DNA of 64,000 nt from Fibrobacteria bacterium (GCA_043745805.1 JAYTSD010000046.1:63560-127559); one strand, 5' to 3'; positions 30,839 to 42,520 are shown, numbered from the stretch's first letter. Notes: generated by a model not told the origin, from the letters alone. Numbers and translations: made by a program.

Positions 30839-32278
30839 ATGAGTTCATATCAAAATTACGAGAATCCCCTTTTAAAACGCTATGCTTCACGCAAAATGAG
30901 TTTTATTTTTTCTCCCCAATTCAAATTCCAAACTTGGCGCAAGTTGTGGATTTATTTGGCAGACACCGAAAAAGAATTAGGCTTAAATATTACGCAAGAG
31001 CAAATTGACGAATTACAAAAATTCGCGACCGATATAAATTTTGCCGAAGCCGAAGCTCGCGAAAAAGTGGTGCGCCACGATGTAATGTCTCATGTACATG
31101 CTTATGGTTTACAATGCCCTAAAGCAGCTGGTATTATTCACTTGGGAGCCACCTCGGCTTATGTGACGGATAATACCGATTTACTGCAAATGAAAGAAGC
31201 TTTGCAATATGCCTTAGCCCGTACCTTGCGAGTTATCGATGCCTTGTCCATTTTCGCATTAGAATATAAAGATTTACCGACTTTAGGTTTTACCCATTTT
31301 CAACCTGCGCAATTAACTACGGTGGGCAAACGTGCTTGCTTGTGGATTCAAGAGCTTTTGCTCGATGTGGAAGAAATGGAATTTCTTTTGCAGACCTTGC
31401 CATTCCTAGGTGTTAAAGGCACCACGGGTACGCAAGCGAGCTTTTTAGAATTATTCGATGGCGATCATGAAAAAGTAAAAGAATTAGACAAGCGAGTAAC
31501 CCATAAAGCTGGTTTTACCCGTAGCTTAACGGTTGCTGGACAAACTTATACGCGTAAACTTGATGCCAAGGTTTTATCCTGTTTATCTAATTTGGCGCAG
31601 TCTCTCGCAAAATTTTCAACCGACTTACGTCTGCTGCAAAGTTTAAAAGAAGTAGAAGAGCCTTTTGAAAAAGATCAAATTGGATCTTCGGCAATGGCTT
31701 ATAAACGCAATCCTATGCGTGCCGAGCGTATTGGCTCGCTAAGCCGTTTTGTCCAAGCCCTAGGAGCCAGTGTAGATTTTACGGCTTCGACGCAATGGTT
31801 TGAACGCACACTCGATGATTCGGCGAATAAGCGTTTAGCCGTGCCACAAGCATTTTTGGCTATTGATGCCATGCTGATTATTTCCGAGAATGTGTCTAAA
31901 GGTTTAGTGGTATATCCCAAAATGATTGAGCGGCATATTCTTGCAGAGTTACCTTTTATGGCTACCGAAAATATTATAATGGCAGGTGTGAAAAAAGGCG
32001 GTAACCGGCAGGATTTACATGAATCCATTCGCACTCATTCCATGGCCGCCGCGAAGAATGTTAAAGATTTAGGTTTAGATAATGATTTAATGCAACGTAT
32101 CGCGCGAGATACGTCATTTGGCTTAACGCAAGCCGAGTTGGATAAATTACTGGACGCACGTTTATTTGTAGGCCGCTCACCCGAAATTACGCAAGAATTT
32201 TTGACCAACGAAGTAAAGCCTTTACTCGCTCGCCTGGGTGGATGGCAAAATATTGAAGAGGAAGAATTACGTGTTTAA
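30839..32278 (+). CDS. purB: Adenylosuccinate lyase
   Basis: RHDVM; IHLGATS; GSSAMAYKRNP. Confidence 0.96.
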   Translation: MSSYQNYENPLLKRYASRKMSFIFSPQFKFQTWRKLWIYLADTEKELGLNITQEQIDELQKFATDINFAEAEAREKVVRHDVMSHVHAYGLQCPKAAGIIHLGATSAYVTDNTDLLQMKEALQYALARTLRVIDALSIFALEYKDLPTLGFTHFQPAQLTTVGKRACLWIQELLLDVEEMEFLLQTLPFLGVKGTTGTQASFLELFDGDHEKVKELDKRVTHKAGFTRSLTVAGQTYTRKLDAKVLSCLSNLAQSLAKFSTDLRLLQSLKEVEEPFEKDQIGSSAMAYKRNPMRAERIGSLSRFVQALGASVDFTASTQWFERTLDDSANKRLAVPQAFLAIDAMLIISENVSKGLVVYPKMIERHILAELPFMATENIIMAGVKKGGNRQDLHESIRTHSMAAAKNVKDLGLDNDLMQRIARDTSFGLTQAELDKLLDARLFVGRSPEITQEFLTNEVKPLLARLGGWQNIEEEELRV

Positions 32279-32291
32279 GTGAAACTTGGCT

Positions 32292-32338
32292 ATTTTTCTT
32301 ACAGATCACCAATGGGATTGCAAATCTGTAAGAAAAAA
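32292..32338. terminator. Long hairpin between convergent genes
   Basis: TTTTTCTTACAGAT...ATCTGTAAGAAAAA inverted repeat. Confidence 0.6.
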
Positions 32339-32540
32339 CTAAAGGTTTTTAATAACGCCGCCCTTGTACGCAGAACCATAGCCAATAGAATCATTAACAT
32401 TAATAGTATCGCCATTATATACCGCTGTGATGGAAAGTAGTATGATTCCAAGTGATATTTTTTTAAGCAGGCGTTGCCTTCCTTTTGGGGCTTGTGATAA
32501 TTATCAAATATTACAATTTGGCGTATTAGTTAATATGTTA

Positions 32541-34199
32541 CTAACATTTAAACTCTGCTAATAGCTTGTTTAAGGACGTAGACATTTCTGCAAGAACGGA
32601 AGATGCTTTGCGGACATTCTCTGCACCGGTAGTCGTGCCTTCAACAGCCATAGCAACAATTGAAATATTTTGAGCAATTTCTGTACTACTATTGGCCACT
32701 TTAGTAATGTTTTTACCAATTTCTGCAGTAGTCATGCTTTGTTCTTCTACGGCTCCGGCAATGGTAAGTTGTATTTCCTTGATTTTAATAACCGTGGCAT
32801 TAATCTCTTTCATGATTTTAACGGCACCTGAGGTTTCTTCTTGAATGGTATTTATCTGTTGAATAATTTGTATGGAGGCATGAGCGGTTTCTTTCGCTAA
32901 TTCTTTAACTTCACCAGCGACTACGGCAAATCCTTTACCCGCTCCACCAGCGCGTGCGGCTTCGATGGTGGCATTAAGGGCCAGTAAATTAGTTTGTCCG
33001 GCAATTGAAGTAATGACTTTAATAATGTCGCCAATACGTTCACCCGTATCACCTAATTTATTTACTGAGATAGAAGCGTTATCTACAAGTTTCACCGCTT
33101 CTTCTGCTACTCTTGCTGCATTAGAAGTATTATTAGCAATTTCCCTAATACTAGCTCCCATTTCCTCCATGCCACTCGCTACCGTTTGGGCATTATTAGA
33201 GATTATATTCGCCCCATCGGAGGCCATTCCTGCTTGTGTGGAGGTTTCCTTGGTTGCAATACCCATAGCGTTACTGTCTCCATGAAGTTGTTGCGAAGCA
33301 TTGCCTAAGGAACGTGCGTTTTCACGAATGGAACGTATGACATTGGAAATTTTTTCCAGACTTTGATTTAAGGCAATACCAATAATTCCAACTTCTGTAT
33401 TCGGGGATATTTGTAGGCGACAAGTTAAATCGCCTTCCGACATGGTTCCAATCACTTTGGTGACTTCATTTAATTGAGCTAAAATTTGTTTACTAATTAA
33501 AATATTTCCAAAAATTAGCGCTATGAAAAGGATGCTTGCGATGGAACCTAAAATAATCCATTGTTTATGTAACACTTTAGCAGCATTTTTTTCATCATCA
33601 CTCACTCGTTCCGACGCCATGCCGACTATTATATTTATTGCATTTTTATGTTCTGCAAACAAATCTTTCAGTCGAGTAGATATCATTTCCTTCGCTTCAG
33701 CCATTTTTCCAGCTTTGACTAAAGGGATGAATTCATCTTCTACAACTTTCAAAAAAACTTTACCCGTTTCCGAAGCTTTGCCTACCATAGCTTCTTTAAC
33801 TTCTCCTGCTACAAGTGTACTGGCCCAAAAATTATGACGAGAAAGGAAATTTGTTTTTTGCTTTTTAAACTCATTCACTAAATCAGTAATTTTATCAGCA
33901 TCGGTTTCCATGGACATTTCTTGTACGGTAATATACGTTTCGAGTAAATAAGCCGGAGGCGGTAAAATATCCCCAATCAAATCCTTGCCTTGAATAATAT
34001 TTTGATAAATGGGGCCATTTACTTTAACCAAATTTAAAGTGCGGTAACCTAAAAAATAACTGATACTCAACCCCAGCAATGCCAATGCTAGAAGTATATA
34101 GAGCATATTTTGAATGCTCCAGTGTCTGCGAACTATGTTTGTTTTGTCTAAAATATTCGAGACATTAACAGACTGTGACGTTAATTTTTTGGAATTCAT
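32541..34199 (-). CDS. Methyl-accepting chemotaxis protein
   Basis: Two TM segments; [24 protein letters not shown]. Confidence 0.95.
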   Translation of the reverse strand: MNSKKLTSQSVNVSNILDKTNIVRRHWSIQNMLYILLALALLGLSISYFLGYRTLNLVKVNGPIYQNIIQGKDLIGDILPPPAYLLETYITVQEMSMETDADKITDLVNEFKKQKTNFLSRHNFWASTLVAGEVKEAMVGKASETGKVFLKVVEDEFIPLVKAGKMAEAKEMISTRLKDLFAEHKNAINIIVGMASERVSDDEKNAAKVLHKQWIILGSIASILFIALIFGNILISKQILAQLNEVTKVIGTMSEGDLTCRLQISPNTEVGIIGIALNQSLEKISNVIRSIRENARSLGNASQQLHGDSNAMGIATKETSTQAGMASDGANIISNNAQTVASGMEEMGASIREIANNTSNAARVAEEAVKLVDNASISVNKLGDTGERIGDIIKVITSIAGQTNLLALNATIEAARAGGAGKGFAVVAGEVKELAKETAHASIQIIQQINTIQEETSGAVKIMKEINATVIKIKEIQLTIAGAVEEQSMTTAEIGKNITKVANSSTEIAQNISIVAMAVEGTTTGAENVRKASSVLAEMSTSLNKLLAEFKC

Positions 34200-34582
34200 G
34201 TTTATTCACCTAATCAAAATTTTTAGAAAATCGCGGTTATGAAGATGTTACTAAGTGGTTACTTCTGGTATCAAGAGTTTAAGTGGAAATAACACAAATC
34301 AATTTTGTGGAATTTTGGGAAAATTGAAATCAGCTTGAAATGCTTAAAGTAAAACTTAAAATAATATTACTTGTATGCGTTCCAAAATATATTTTGCTCG
34401 AAATACGCCATCTATCCAAACAATATTCGCCTAATATTTGAAAATAGTTCATAAAAAATGAAGTAAGAAATCTGCGACTAAATCATTTGGATTAAACATT
34501 TTCATTTTGCAGCGAGGTATTTCTTTCTAGAATGAAATTAAGAGGTAAGGATTTATTATCAATTATGGGGTATCATCAATAA

Positions 34583-37054
34583 ATGAAAATTTTGCCTAAA
34601 AAAAACACCTCATCCATCTGGAATGCCTTGCGCGACGGATTTGTGGCAGGAGTATTGATATTAATAATCTGCTCATCCTCCATTCTTTATACTGGTCATA
34701 CCTCCAAAAAAGCCATGAAAAACCAACTTGGGCAATGGTTAACGTCTTCCGCTTTATCACTTGCAGGTATTGTTCCTTCCAAAGAATTTGCAGAACTCTC
34801 AAAGCCGGCGGATGAATATGGCGCCTCCTATCAATCTATTTATTTACGTATCAATCAATATTATCGCAGTAATCCTGTTTTTAAATTTGCTTATACATGC
34901 GTGTTACGTAAGAATTCAGTTTTTTTTGCGGTGGATGGCACTCCGCCTGGAGATGCGGATAAAGATGGTGTGGAAGATCATGCAAAATTATTGGATGCCT
35001 ATCCGGAAGCTTCAAAAAATCTTGTATCAATATTGCAAAAGGGTGGATCGGGGTTTGATAGTGAGCCGTATACAGATGCATGGGGAACTTTTCAAAGTGG
35101 CTGTGCGGTGATAAACGACGCCACGGGTAAGAATTTGGGAGCGGCTTGTGTGGATATGGATATATCGAATTTTCAGCAAAGATTAGCCGGTGTTGAGCGG
35201 GCAGAAAATTTGGGATTAACTTTGGCAGCTATACTTTCGTTAGGACTTTTTGCTTTAGTATATGTCATTCGTAAGCGGCAAATTACTTATCAAACGAATT
35301 CAGTTTTGTTGCTGCAAGAATTGGAAAAGCATAATTTAGCTTTAGAGGAATCACAATCTCAAGCGAGTGTGGGGAATTGGATTTATTTGCCGCAAACCGG
35401 TAAGGTAAATGGTTCAGATGAGTATTTTCGTATTCATGGATATACAAATATTCAAGAGGGATTTTCATTGGTAGACTTACAAAAAAACACTCATCCCGAC
35501 GATCAACAAAAACTACGCGATGTTTTTGGAAAAACCTTAATATTAGGGGAGGTATCGGAAGTTTCGTATCGGAAAATTATGCCGGACGGGAGTATTCGCT
35601 TTTTGTATACCAAATCAACACCGGTATTGGATGAGCAAGGTAAGGTATTACACGTTAACGGTATCACGCAAGATATGACACGTTGGCATGCTATTGAAGA
35701 GGATTTACGTCACGCTAAGAATCAAGCGGAAAAGGCCGCCAAAGCCAAGAGTGAGTTTTTAGCTACTATGAGCCATGAAATTCGAACGCCTATGAATGGT
35801 GTATTGGGAATGGCGCACTTGTTAAAGGACTCGAATCTAAATGAAGATCAAATTTCATTACTGGATACTCTGTTAGATAGTGGAGAACATTTATTAACCC
35901 TCATTAATGATATTTTAGATTTTTCTAAAATTGAAGCCGGTCGTATGGAAATGGAAAGTATTCCTTTTTCCCTGCAGCGATTAGCTAATTCAGTAGTAAA
36001 TATTATGCATGAAAAAGTCGTGGGAAATGATATCCAATTAAATACCCATATTGACTTAAGTGATACAGAAAATTTTTTAGGTGATCCGGGCCGTATTCGC
36101 CAAATACTATTTAACCTAATCGGTAATGCGGTGAAATTTACCAAATCGGGTTATGTAAAATTAAACATTAAATCCGTGCTTGAAAAGGATAATTGGATTT
36201 CTATTTCAGTGGAAGATACCGGTATCGGGATGACTCGTGAACAATTGCAAAATATTTTTCAACCATTTAGTCAAGCCGATTCTTCCACCTCACGAAAATT
36301 CGGTGGTACGGGATTAGGTTTGGCTATTACTTTAAAACTAGTGGCATTGATGAATGGAATAATAGATGTAAAAAGTGAAATAGGCAAAGGATCGGCATTT
36401 ACTGTAGAAATTCCATTAGCTAAGGCTGGAAATCAAGAAATGAATTCAAGTAAAAATAATAATAAAATACTAATCCCTAATTTGACTGAGATAAATGCTT
36501 TAGTGATTGACGATAGAAAAGACGGCCGTACTATACTTCCTGAGCAATTAGAGGGTTTGCATTTAAAAGCTTGCGAAGTACCTTCGACGAAAGAAGCCAT
36601 AAATATTTTGGAAGACACGGTTAAACAAAAAATAGCTATGCAATTAGTGCTTTTGGATTGGAATGGTGCGCCTCCACATATACTTTTGGCAGAAGATAAT
36701 GTTGTGAACCAAAAAGTAGGCCTGCGAATGTTGAGTATAGTGGGATGCACGATTACCTTAGCAGGGGATGGCGTCGAGGCTTTGCACAAAACAAATATTG
36801 AAATATTTGATCTCATTTTAATGGATTGCCACATGCCTGAAATGGATGGTTATGAAGCAACTAAAGCCATACGTGAAAATGAAAAAATTACCGGAAAACA
36901 TATCCCCATTGTGGCTTGTACCGCTAATGTAAATGAGGAAGAAATGCTTAAATGCAAGTCAGTGGGCATGGACGATTTTTTAAGTAAACCTTATAAGCCC
37001 GAGCAACTTAAGGCAATCATAAAAAAATGGGTGGGCGTGAGTCGCGAACGATAA
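34583..37054 (+). CDS. Membrane hybrid sensor kinase (periplasmic sensor-PAS-HisKA-HATPase-REC)
   Basis: FLATMSHEIRTPMNG; GGTGLGL; LMDCHMPEMDG. Confidence 0.93.
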   Translation: MKILPKKNTSSIWNALRDGFVAGVLILIICSSSILYTGHTSKKAMKNQLGQWLTSSALSLAGIVPSKEFAELSKPADEYGASYQSIYLRINQYYRSNPVFKFAYTCVLRKNSVFFAVDGTPPGDADKDGVEDHAKLLDAYPEASKNLVSILQKGGSGFDSEPYTDAWGTFQSGCAVINDATGKNLGAACVDMDISNFQQRLAGVERAENLGLTLAAILSLGLFALVYVIRKRQITYQTNSVLLLQELEKHNLALEESQSQASVGNWIYLPQTGKVNGSDEYFRIHGYTNIQEGFSLVDLQKNTHPDDQQKLRDVFGKTLILGEVSEVSYRKIMPDGSIRFLYTKSTPVLDEQGKVLHVNGITQDMTRWHAIEEDLRHAKNQAEKAAKAKSEFLATMSHEIRTPMNGVLGMAHLLKDSNLNEDQISLLDTLLDSGEHLLTLINDILDFSKIEAGRMEMESIPFSLQRLANSVVNIMHEKVVGNDIQLNTHIDLSDTENFLGDPGRIRQILFNLIGNAVKFTKSGYVKLNIKSVLEKDNWISISVEDTGIGMTREQLQNIFQPFSQADSSTSRKFGGTGLGLAITLKLVALMNGIIDVKSEIGKGSAFTVEIPLAKAGNQEMNSSKNNNKILIPNLTEINALVIDDRKDGRTILPEQLEGLHLKACEVPSTKEAINILEDTVKQKIAMQLVLLDWNGAPPHILLAEDNVVNQKVGLRMLSIVGCTITLAGDGVEALHKTNIEIFDLILMDCHMPEMDGYEATKAIRENEKITGKHIPIVACTANVNEEEMLKCKSVGMDDFLSKPYKPEQLKAIIKKWVGVSRER

Positions 37055-37141
37055 AGGGTAAACGGGTGATGGTAAAGATTTAAGCATACTCATTAAATAT
37101 ATATAATAGAATTTAAGAGTTACAAGGAGTACAATTAACAA

Positions 37142-37486
37142 ATGGAAAATGCAATAAGTGCCGAAACACTCATCGCTTTAAAAGAACTTGATCCTGAAAG
37201 TGGTGATGATTTTTTAAAAGAATTAATTGTTGCCTACCTTGAAGATTCACCCCAAAAAGTCAAGGAAATTAAAAAATCTGTGCAAGAAAGATCAGCAGAA
37301 AATTTACACCGATCTGCACATGGCCTTAAAGGCAGTAGTGCCAATATGGGCGCGCTCACCGTAGCTAAACACTCCGCGGCTTTGGAAGTGAAGGGTAAAC
37401 GTGGGAGTTTTGAGGGGTGTGAAGAACTAGTGGAATTATTAGTACAAGCTTATAATGCCGCGGAACAAGAGCTACGTGCTATTTAA
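37142..37486 (+). CDS. Hpt phosphotransfer protein
   Basis: AHGLKGSSANMGA. Confidence 0.92.
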   Translation: MENAISAETLIALKELDPESGDDFLKELIVAYLEDSPQKVKEIKKSVQERSAENLHRSAHGLKGSSANMGALTVAKHSAALEVKGKRGSFEGCEELVELLVQAYNAAEQELRAI

Positions 37487-37597
37487 ATAATCGGTCATTC
37501 CTGTCGCTAAATTTCCCTATTGAGTGCATTTGTGCCATGCATTTCAAGGCCGAGCTTGAAAGTCATTTGAGAAGCAATGGAATCGTGAGCGGTTTAT

Positions 37598-37990
37598 CTA
37601 GAGAACATCACATTGTTGTAAATCGCGAATAATACTTTCAGGTGCATAAGGTTTTACGATATAACCATCGGCCTGATTCCGGAAAGCATCTATCACATGA
37701 TTTTTATCAATGAGCGAGCTGGCCATAACAATTTTTACCCGTCCAGCCCCCAAGCCATCACTGTTTGCTTCAAATTCACGTATCTTGCGTAATACCTCAG
37801 ATCCATCCATTTCGGGCATCATAATGTCCAGCAAAATTAAATTATAAGGTTCATGCATTTCTATGCTATTCGTATAAGCTGCCAAAGCTTCTAAACCATT
37901 ACATGCTAAATCACATTCTCCTTTATGCTTTAAAGCCTGATGGAGAACTTTTCGGGACATAAAATCATCTTCTGCAATTAATATTTTCAT
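37598..37990 (-). CDS. CheY-like single-domain response regulator
   Basis: ILIAEDD; LLDIMMP; YIVKP. Confidence 0.92.
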   Translation of the reverse strand: MKILIAEDDFMSRKVLHQALKHKGECDLACNGLEALAAYTNSIEMHEPYNLILLDIMMPEMDGSEVLRKIREFEANSDGLGAGRVKIVMASSLIDKNHVIDAFRNQADGYIVKPYAPESIIRDLQQCDVL

Positions 37991-38544
37991 TAATTTATTT
38001 TACGAGATGCTACAAAGTTTTGTCAAGCATGGTATAAAAGAAATAATCAAAAAGATATACATTAATGAATACTTATAACTTATAAAAGGATTATTCTCAC
38101 AAACCTCAGGCAATAGGTAATAAATACGCTTCGATAAACTAAAGGTTTGCATTAAAAACTAAGTTGGTCTCGGCCTTGGGAAACTTTTGAGCACGGTCAA
38201 TGTTTCAAAAAAGAATTTTCGAATAGCGAAATTAAGAACTTATCTTGATTTCAAGATTTATACGACAGGTCCGTGCAGGCCTGTACTCAATGGAAGGATA
38301 TTCCCACCAGACAATGGACGCACTGGTCTATTCGCCATAGCGAATATTTTGCGCCTCTACCTTTATTCCCCAAGCAAGTGTTTTTACCTAAATCAAAAAC
38401 CGATTTCCAGCATTAATGGGTAGAAACTCCCTCCACTTTTCATTAAATTGACTGCACTTCGTCGTATATTATGCCGAAGAAAGAAAAATCCCAGTTTTTT
38501 GTAAATTAGGGTTTTAGGCTTCATCACCATCAGAACGGATTTGA

Positions 38545-41229
38545 ATGTCATTGTCTGTGCAAAATGCAAACGCTTTTAATATCCCCTTTTTAACTGGGGC
38601 TCAAGTTCGTCAAGGATTTATCGATTTTTTCAAAAGCAAAGGCCATACCTTTGTGCCCTCGGCGCCTGTGGTGCCGCATGACGATCCTACTTTACTCTTT
38701 ACCAATGCAGGCATGAATCAATTCAAGTCCTTGCTTTTAGGCGAAAACAAAGACGGTCTCAAACGCGCTGCCAATTCGCAAAAATGTATACGTGTTTCAG
38801 GTAAACATAATGATCTCGATGAAGTGGGTCGCGACACCTATCATCATACCTTTTTCGAAATGCTCGGCAATTGGTCTTTCGGCGATTATTATAAACTCGA
38901 TGCCATCACATGGGCTTGGGAATTACTTACGGAGGTGTGGAAGCTCCCTAAGGATCGCTTATTTGTTACGGTTTTCCGCGATGATGAGGACGCCGAAGGC
39001 ATTTGGCAAAAGCATACGGATATTGAACACCGCCGCATTATGCGTTTTGCGGAAAAATCCAATTTTTGGGAAATGGGCGATGTGGGTCCTTGCGGTCCTT
39101 GTTCCGAAATTCATTTTGACATTGGCGATTTAGCGACGCAAGAGGCGACTTATGCCGATGAAATTGAAGGCGTGAATGGCACCAATGGCCGCTATATTGA
39201 AATCTGGAACTTGGTTTTTATGCAATTCGAAAGATTGCAAAGTGGTGAATTAAAACCTTTGAAAGCCAAAAATGTGGATACGGGCATGGGCTTTGAGCGT
39301 ATTGCCGCGATTATTCAAGGCAAGCTCTCCAATTATGAAAGTGATATTTTCCGTCCGGTAATTGACAATATTGCTGAATTATCCGGTATCGCCTATGTTA
39401 CGGGTGTCGAAGGCACTCCACATCGTGTACTTGCGGATCATATTCGTGCCTTGTCCTTTGCAATTGCTGATGGTGCTACGCCCAGCAATGAAGGTCGTGG
39501 CTATGTATTACGTCGCATCTTGCGTCGCGCTAGTCGCTTTGCACGTCAGCAATTAAAGCAAAGAGAACCGTTTATGTGCAAATTGGTACCGGCTTTGGCA
39601 GCCGCTTTAGGCGAAGCTTATCCGGAATTAATTGCACGTCAAGATTACATCGTGCAAGTGATACGTGCGGAAGAAGAACGCTTTATTAAAACTTTGGATT
39701 TAGGGCTTGATCGTTTTGCGAAAGTTGCCCAAGAAGTGAAGTCGAAAAATGGTTCTCAAGTTCCCGGAACAGAAATTTTTACACTGTATGATACCTATGG
39801 TTTTCCTGTGGATTTGACCGGCGTTTTAGCCGAAGAAAATGGCTTAACCATGGATCAGGACGGCTATGTCAAGTGCATGGAAGAACAACGCGAACGCGCT
39901 CGTTCGGCGGCTAAATTTGATAATAGCTTAGCCAGCGATGAAGGCTGGACTTTGCTTTTGCCGGAAAGCGAAAGTGAATTTATAGGTTACAGTACCTTAA
40001 CCGCTACGGTGCAAGTGGCGCGTTATCGCGAAATTGGCGATCATATTTGGGTCATGCTCAAGCGAACGCCTTTTTATGCCGAAGCGGGCGGACAAGTAGG
40101 GGATACGGGACTTTTGGCCGGACCGCAAATTCAATTGCGGGTTACCGATACCGTGAAGATCTTAGATCGCACCGTGCATAAATGCACTTTAATTCATGGC
40201 TTGCTTATTCCCGAAAATTTCAAGGGATTAGTGGCCACGGTTGATGCCGAAAAACGCGGAGCGACTTTCCGTAATCATAGTGCGACGCATTTATTACATG
40301 CGGCTTTACGCAAGGTTTTGGGCAATCATGTGCAACAACAAGGTTCACGCGTTTCACCCGAAAGTTTACGCTTTGATTTTACCCATCATCAAGGTATCAC
40401 TGCGGCGGAACTTGAACAAGTGGAAACCTTGGTGAATAATCAAATCCGCGAAGATATGGCTATTGCTCAAACAGTTAAAGGCTTGCAGGAAGCCCGCGAT
40501 ATGGGTGCGATGGCTTTGTTTGGTGAAAAATATGGCGATCAAGTACGCGTGATTCAAATGGGAGATTTTAGCTTGGAACTTTGCGGCGGAACACATGCCC
40601 GTTCTACCGGCCAAATCGGTTTATTAAAAGTTTTAGGCGAAAGTTCTATAGCCTCTGGCGTACGCCGTATCGAAGCGGTTACTGGTAACGTGGCCGTATC
40701 TTTATTTCAAAAACAATTTCATGATTTAAATGAAATCGCTCGCTTGTATAAAGCCAAGTCGGGCACGGAATTGGAAAAGGCGCAAGAGTTTGCGGGTCGA
40801 GTAAAAGTTCTGGAAAAAGAAATTTTAGAACTCAAACAAAATCAAATGCAATTACAAGCGCAAACCTTATTGCGAACCTATGGCAAACAAGTAGGGGTAA
40901 GCACTGTCTTGATTCACAAGCTCGATGTAAAGCAATTTATTAAGGACGATTTATCTTTGCTTATGGATGCCGTAGCTGGTCAATTGCAAAATGGTATAGC
41001 CTTACTGACGCACGCCACAGATGATAATTTAGCCATCATTGCTTTAGTCGGTAAAGACGCTTTAGTTAAAATCAAAGCCGGTGATTTAGTCAAAACCTTA
41101 GGTCAACTCGCCGATGGCAAAGGCGGAGGGCGCCCAGACCGTGCGCAAGCCGGTTCAAAATCGCCGCAAAAAGAAGAGCTCGTTTTGCGTGAAGCAGAGA
41201 AACTCATTCAGCAAGCCTTGGGAGTATAA
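38545..41229 (+). CDS. alaS: Alanine--tRNA ligase
   Basis: LLFTNAGMNQFK; EIWNLVF; NHSATHLL; ELCGGTH; GGGRPD.AQAG. Confidence 0.98.
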   Translation: MSLSVQNANAFNIPFLTGAQVRQGFIDFFKSKGHTFVPSAPVVPHDDPTLLFTNAGMNQFKSLLLGENKDGLKRAANSQKCIRVSGKHNDLDEVGRDTYHHTFFEMLGNWSFGDYYKLDAITWAWELLTEVWKLPKDRLFVTVFRDDEDAEGIWQKHTDIEHRRIMRFAEKSNFWEMGDVGPCGPCSEIHFDIGDLATQEATYADEIEGVNGTNGRYIEIWNLVFMQFERLQSGELKPLKAKNVDTGMGFERIAAIIQGKLSNYESDIFRPVIDNIAELSGIAYVTGVEGTPHRVLADHIRALSFAIADGATPSNEGRGYVLRRILRRASRFARQQLKQREPFMCKLVPALAAALGEAYPELIARQDYIVQVIRAEEERFIKTLDLGLDRFAKVAQEVKSKNGSQVPGTEIFTLYDTYGFPVDLTGVLAEENGLTMDQDGYVKCMEEQRERARSAAKFDNSLASDEGWTLLLPESESEFIGYSTLTATVQVARYREIGDHIWVMLKRTPFYAEAGGQVGDTGLLAGPQIQLRVTDTVKILDRTVHKCTLIHGLLIPENFKGLVATVDAEKRGATFRNHSATHLLHAALRKVLGNHVQQQGSRVSPESLRFDFTHHQGITAAELEQVETLVNNQIREDMAIAQTVKGLQEARDMGAMALFGEKYGDQVRVIQMGDFSLELCGGTHARSTGQIGLLKVLGESSIASGVRRIEAVTGNVAVSLFQKQFHDLNEIARLYKAKSGTELEKAQEFAGRVKVLEKEILELKQNQMQLQAQTLLRTYGKQVGVSTVLIHKLDVKQFIKDDLSLLMDAVAGQLQNGIALLTHATDDNLAIIALVGKDALVKIKAGDLVKTLGQLADGKGGGRPDRAQAGSKSPQKEELVLREAEKLIQQALGV

Positions 41230-41982
41230 ATGCGCCTTGGACCTATAGAAATAACCTTAAATGAAAAATTAAAAACGCAGCGCGCGCTTTTTATTGTCTT
41301 GCTCGACCCGGATTCAACTTCGGCAGAACAAATTATAAAAAGCGGTTTAGTCGCTGTGGAACAAGGGGCAGACGCACTTTTCCTAGGAGGGTCTTTTATC
41401 GGCAACCCTAATTTTCAACAAATCTCTAAAGGTCTTAAAGAAAAAACCTCAGTTCCCATTATACTTTTTCCGGGGGGTTGCTCGCATGTTACCCCAGGTC
41501 CGGATGCAATTTTATTCACCACTTTAATTAGCGGACGTAACCCCCAATATTTAATCGATGAACAAGTGAAGGGCGCGGTTTTAGTTAAAGGCCTGGGCAT
41601 GGAAGCCATTCCAACGGCCTATTTATTAATAGAGTCAGGGAAAACTACCGCTGTAGAATATATCAGCAATACGCGTCCTATTCCTTCTGATAAGCCTGCA
41701 ATAGCCGCTGCGCATGCCATGGCGGCGGAGTTAATGGGACAACGCTGGTTGTACTTAGAAGCTGGAAGCGGTGCGATGAATGCCGTGCCTTGTCCCATGA
41801 TACAAATGACTCGTCATGCGACCTCGCTGAACGTGATTGTGGGGGGTGGAATTAAAACTCCAGACCAAGCACGAGAAAGAGTTGAAGCGGGGGCACATGC
41901 CATTGTTATCGGAAATTTATTCGAAACCAGCAAAGATCCGGCCTTATTTAAGGATTTTGCGAATGCAATTCATGGAAATTAA
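41230..41982 (+). CDS. Geranylgeranylglyceryl/heptaprenylglyceryl phosphate synthase (group II-like)
   Basis: LLDPD; GGS; LFPG; SGRNPQYLI; YLEAGSGA; VGGGI. Confidence 0.9.
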   Translation: MRLGPIEITLNEKLKTQRALFIVLLDPDSTSAEQIIKSGLVAVEQGADALFLGGSFIGNPNFQQISKGLKEKTSVPIILFPGGCSHVTPGPDAILFTTLISGRNPQYLIDEQVKGAVLVKGLGMEAIPTAYLLIESGKTTAVEYISNTRPIPSDKPAIAAAHAMAAELMGQRWLYLEAGSGAMNAVPCPMIQMTRHATSLNVIVGGGIKTPDQARERVEAGAHAIVIGNLFETSKDPALFKDFANAIHGN

Positions 41983-42079
41983 CCTTTTCGCCAGATTTCT
42001 TTTAATAACAGGGTCTTAAGATTGACCATATGCCAACCTTTTATTATGTTTGCCCGTCTAGTTTTTTCAAGGTTTATAA

Positions 42080-42511
42080 ATGACAACCATCACAGTAGAT
42101 CCGAAGAGTGTTATCCCTAAGTGGTATATCATCGATGCCAAAGACGTTATTTTAGGACGCATGGCCACCACCGTAGCACATCTATTAATGGGCAAACACA
42201 AGCCCACTTTTAATACCATGCATGACAGCGGCGATTATATCGTTATCATCAATGCAGAGAAAGTTGCACTCACCGGCAAGAAGCGCGAACAAATGACGTA
42301 TTTTACGCATTCGACTTTTCCAGGTGGCGAGCGCATTTTGTCTTTCGCTGAATCGATGGCTATTAATGCAGGCAATCCAATTCGTCATGCGGTTAAGCGC
42401 ATGTTACCCAAAACATCTTTGGGTCGCAATATGGCGAAAAAACTTTATGTATACGGTGGCGATCAACATCCGCATACCGCACAAAAACCCGAAACCTTAG
42501 TTGTTAAATAG
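42080..42511 (+). CDS. rplM: 50S ribosomal protein L13
   Basis: WYIIDA...LGRMA; GKHKP; RMLPK; HPHTAQKP. Confidence 0.97.
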   Translation: MTTITVDPKSVIPKWYIIDAKDVILGRMATTVAHLLMGKHKPTFNTMHDSGDYIVIINAEKVALTGKKREQMTYFTHSTFPGGERILSFAESMAINAGNPIRHAVKRMLPKTSLGRNMAKKLYVYGGDQHPHTAQKPETLVVK

Positions 42512-42520
42512 GAGGCTATC

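Noticed and set aside
32339..32470. Minus-strand 43-codon frame LLKKISLGIILLSITA... after an AAGGAAGG motif
   Set aside because: CTG start, very short and no recognisable homology; possibly a gene relic but unsupported
38187..38423. 78-aa ORF or possible ncRNA upstream of alaS
   Set aside because: No motifs, no RBS and no T-box or riboswitch consensus that I can recognise
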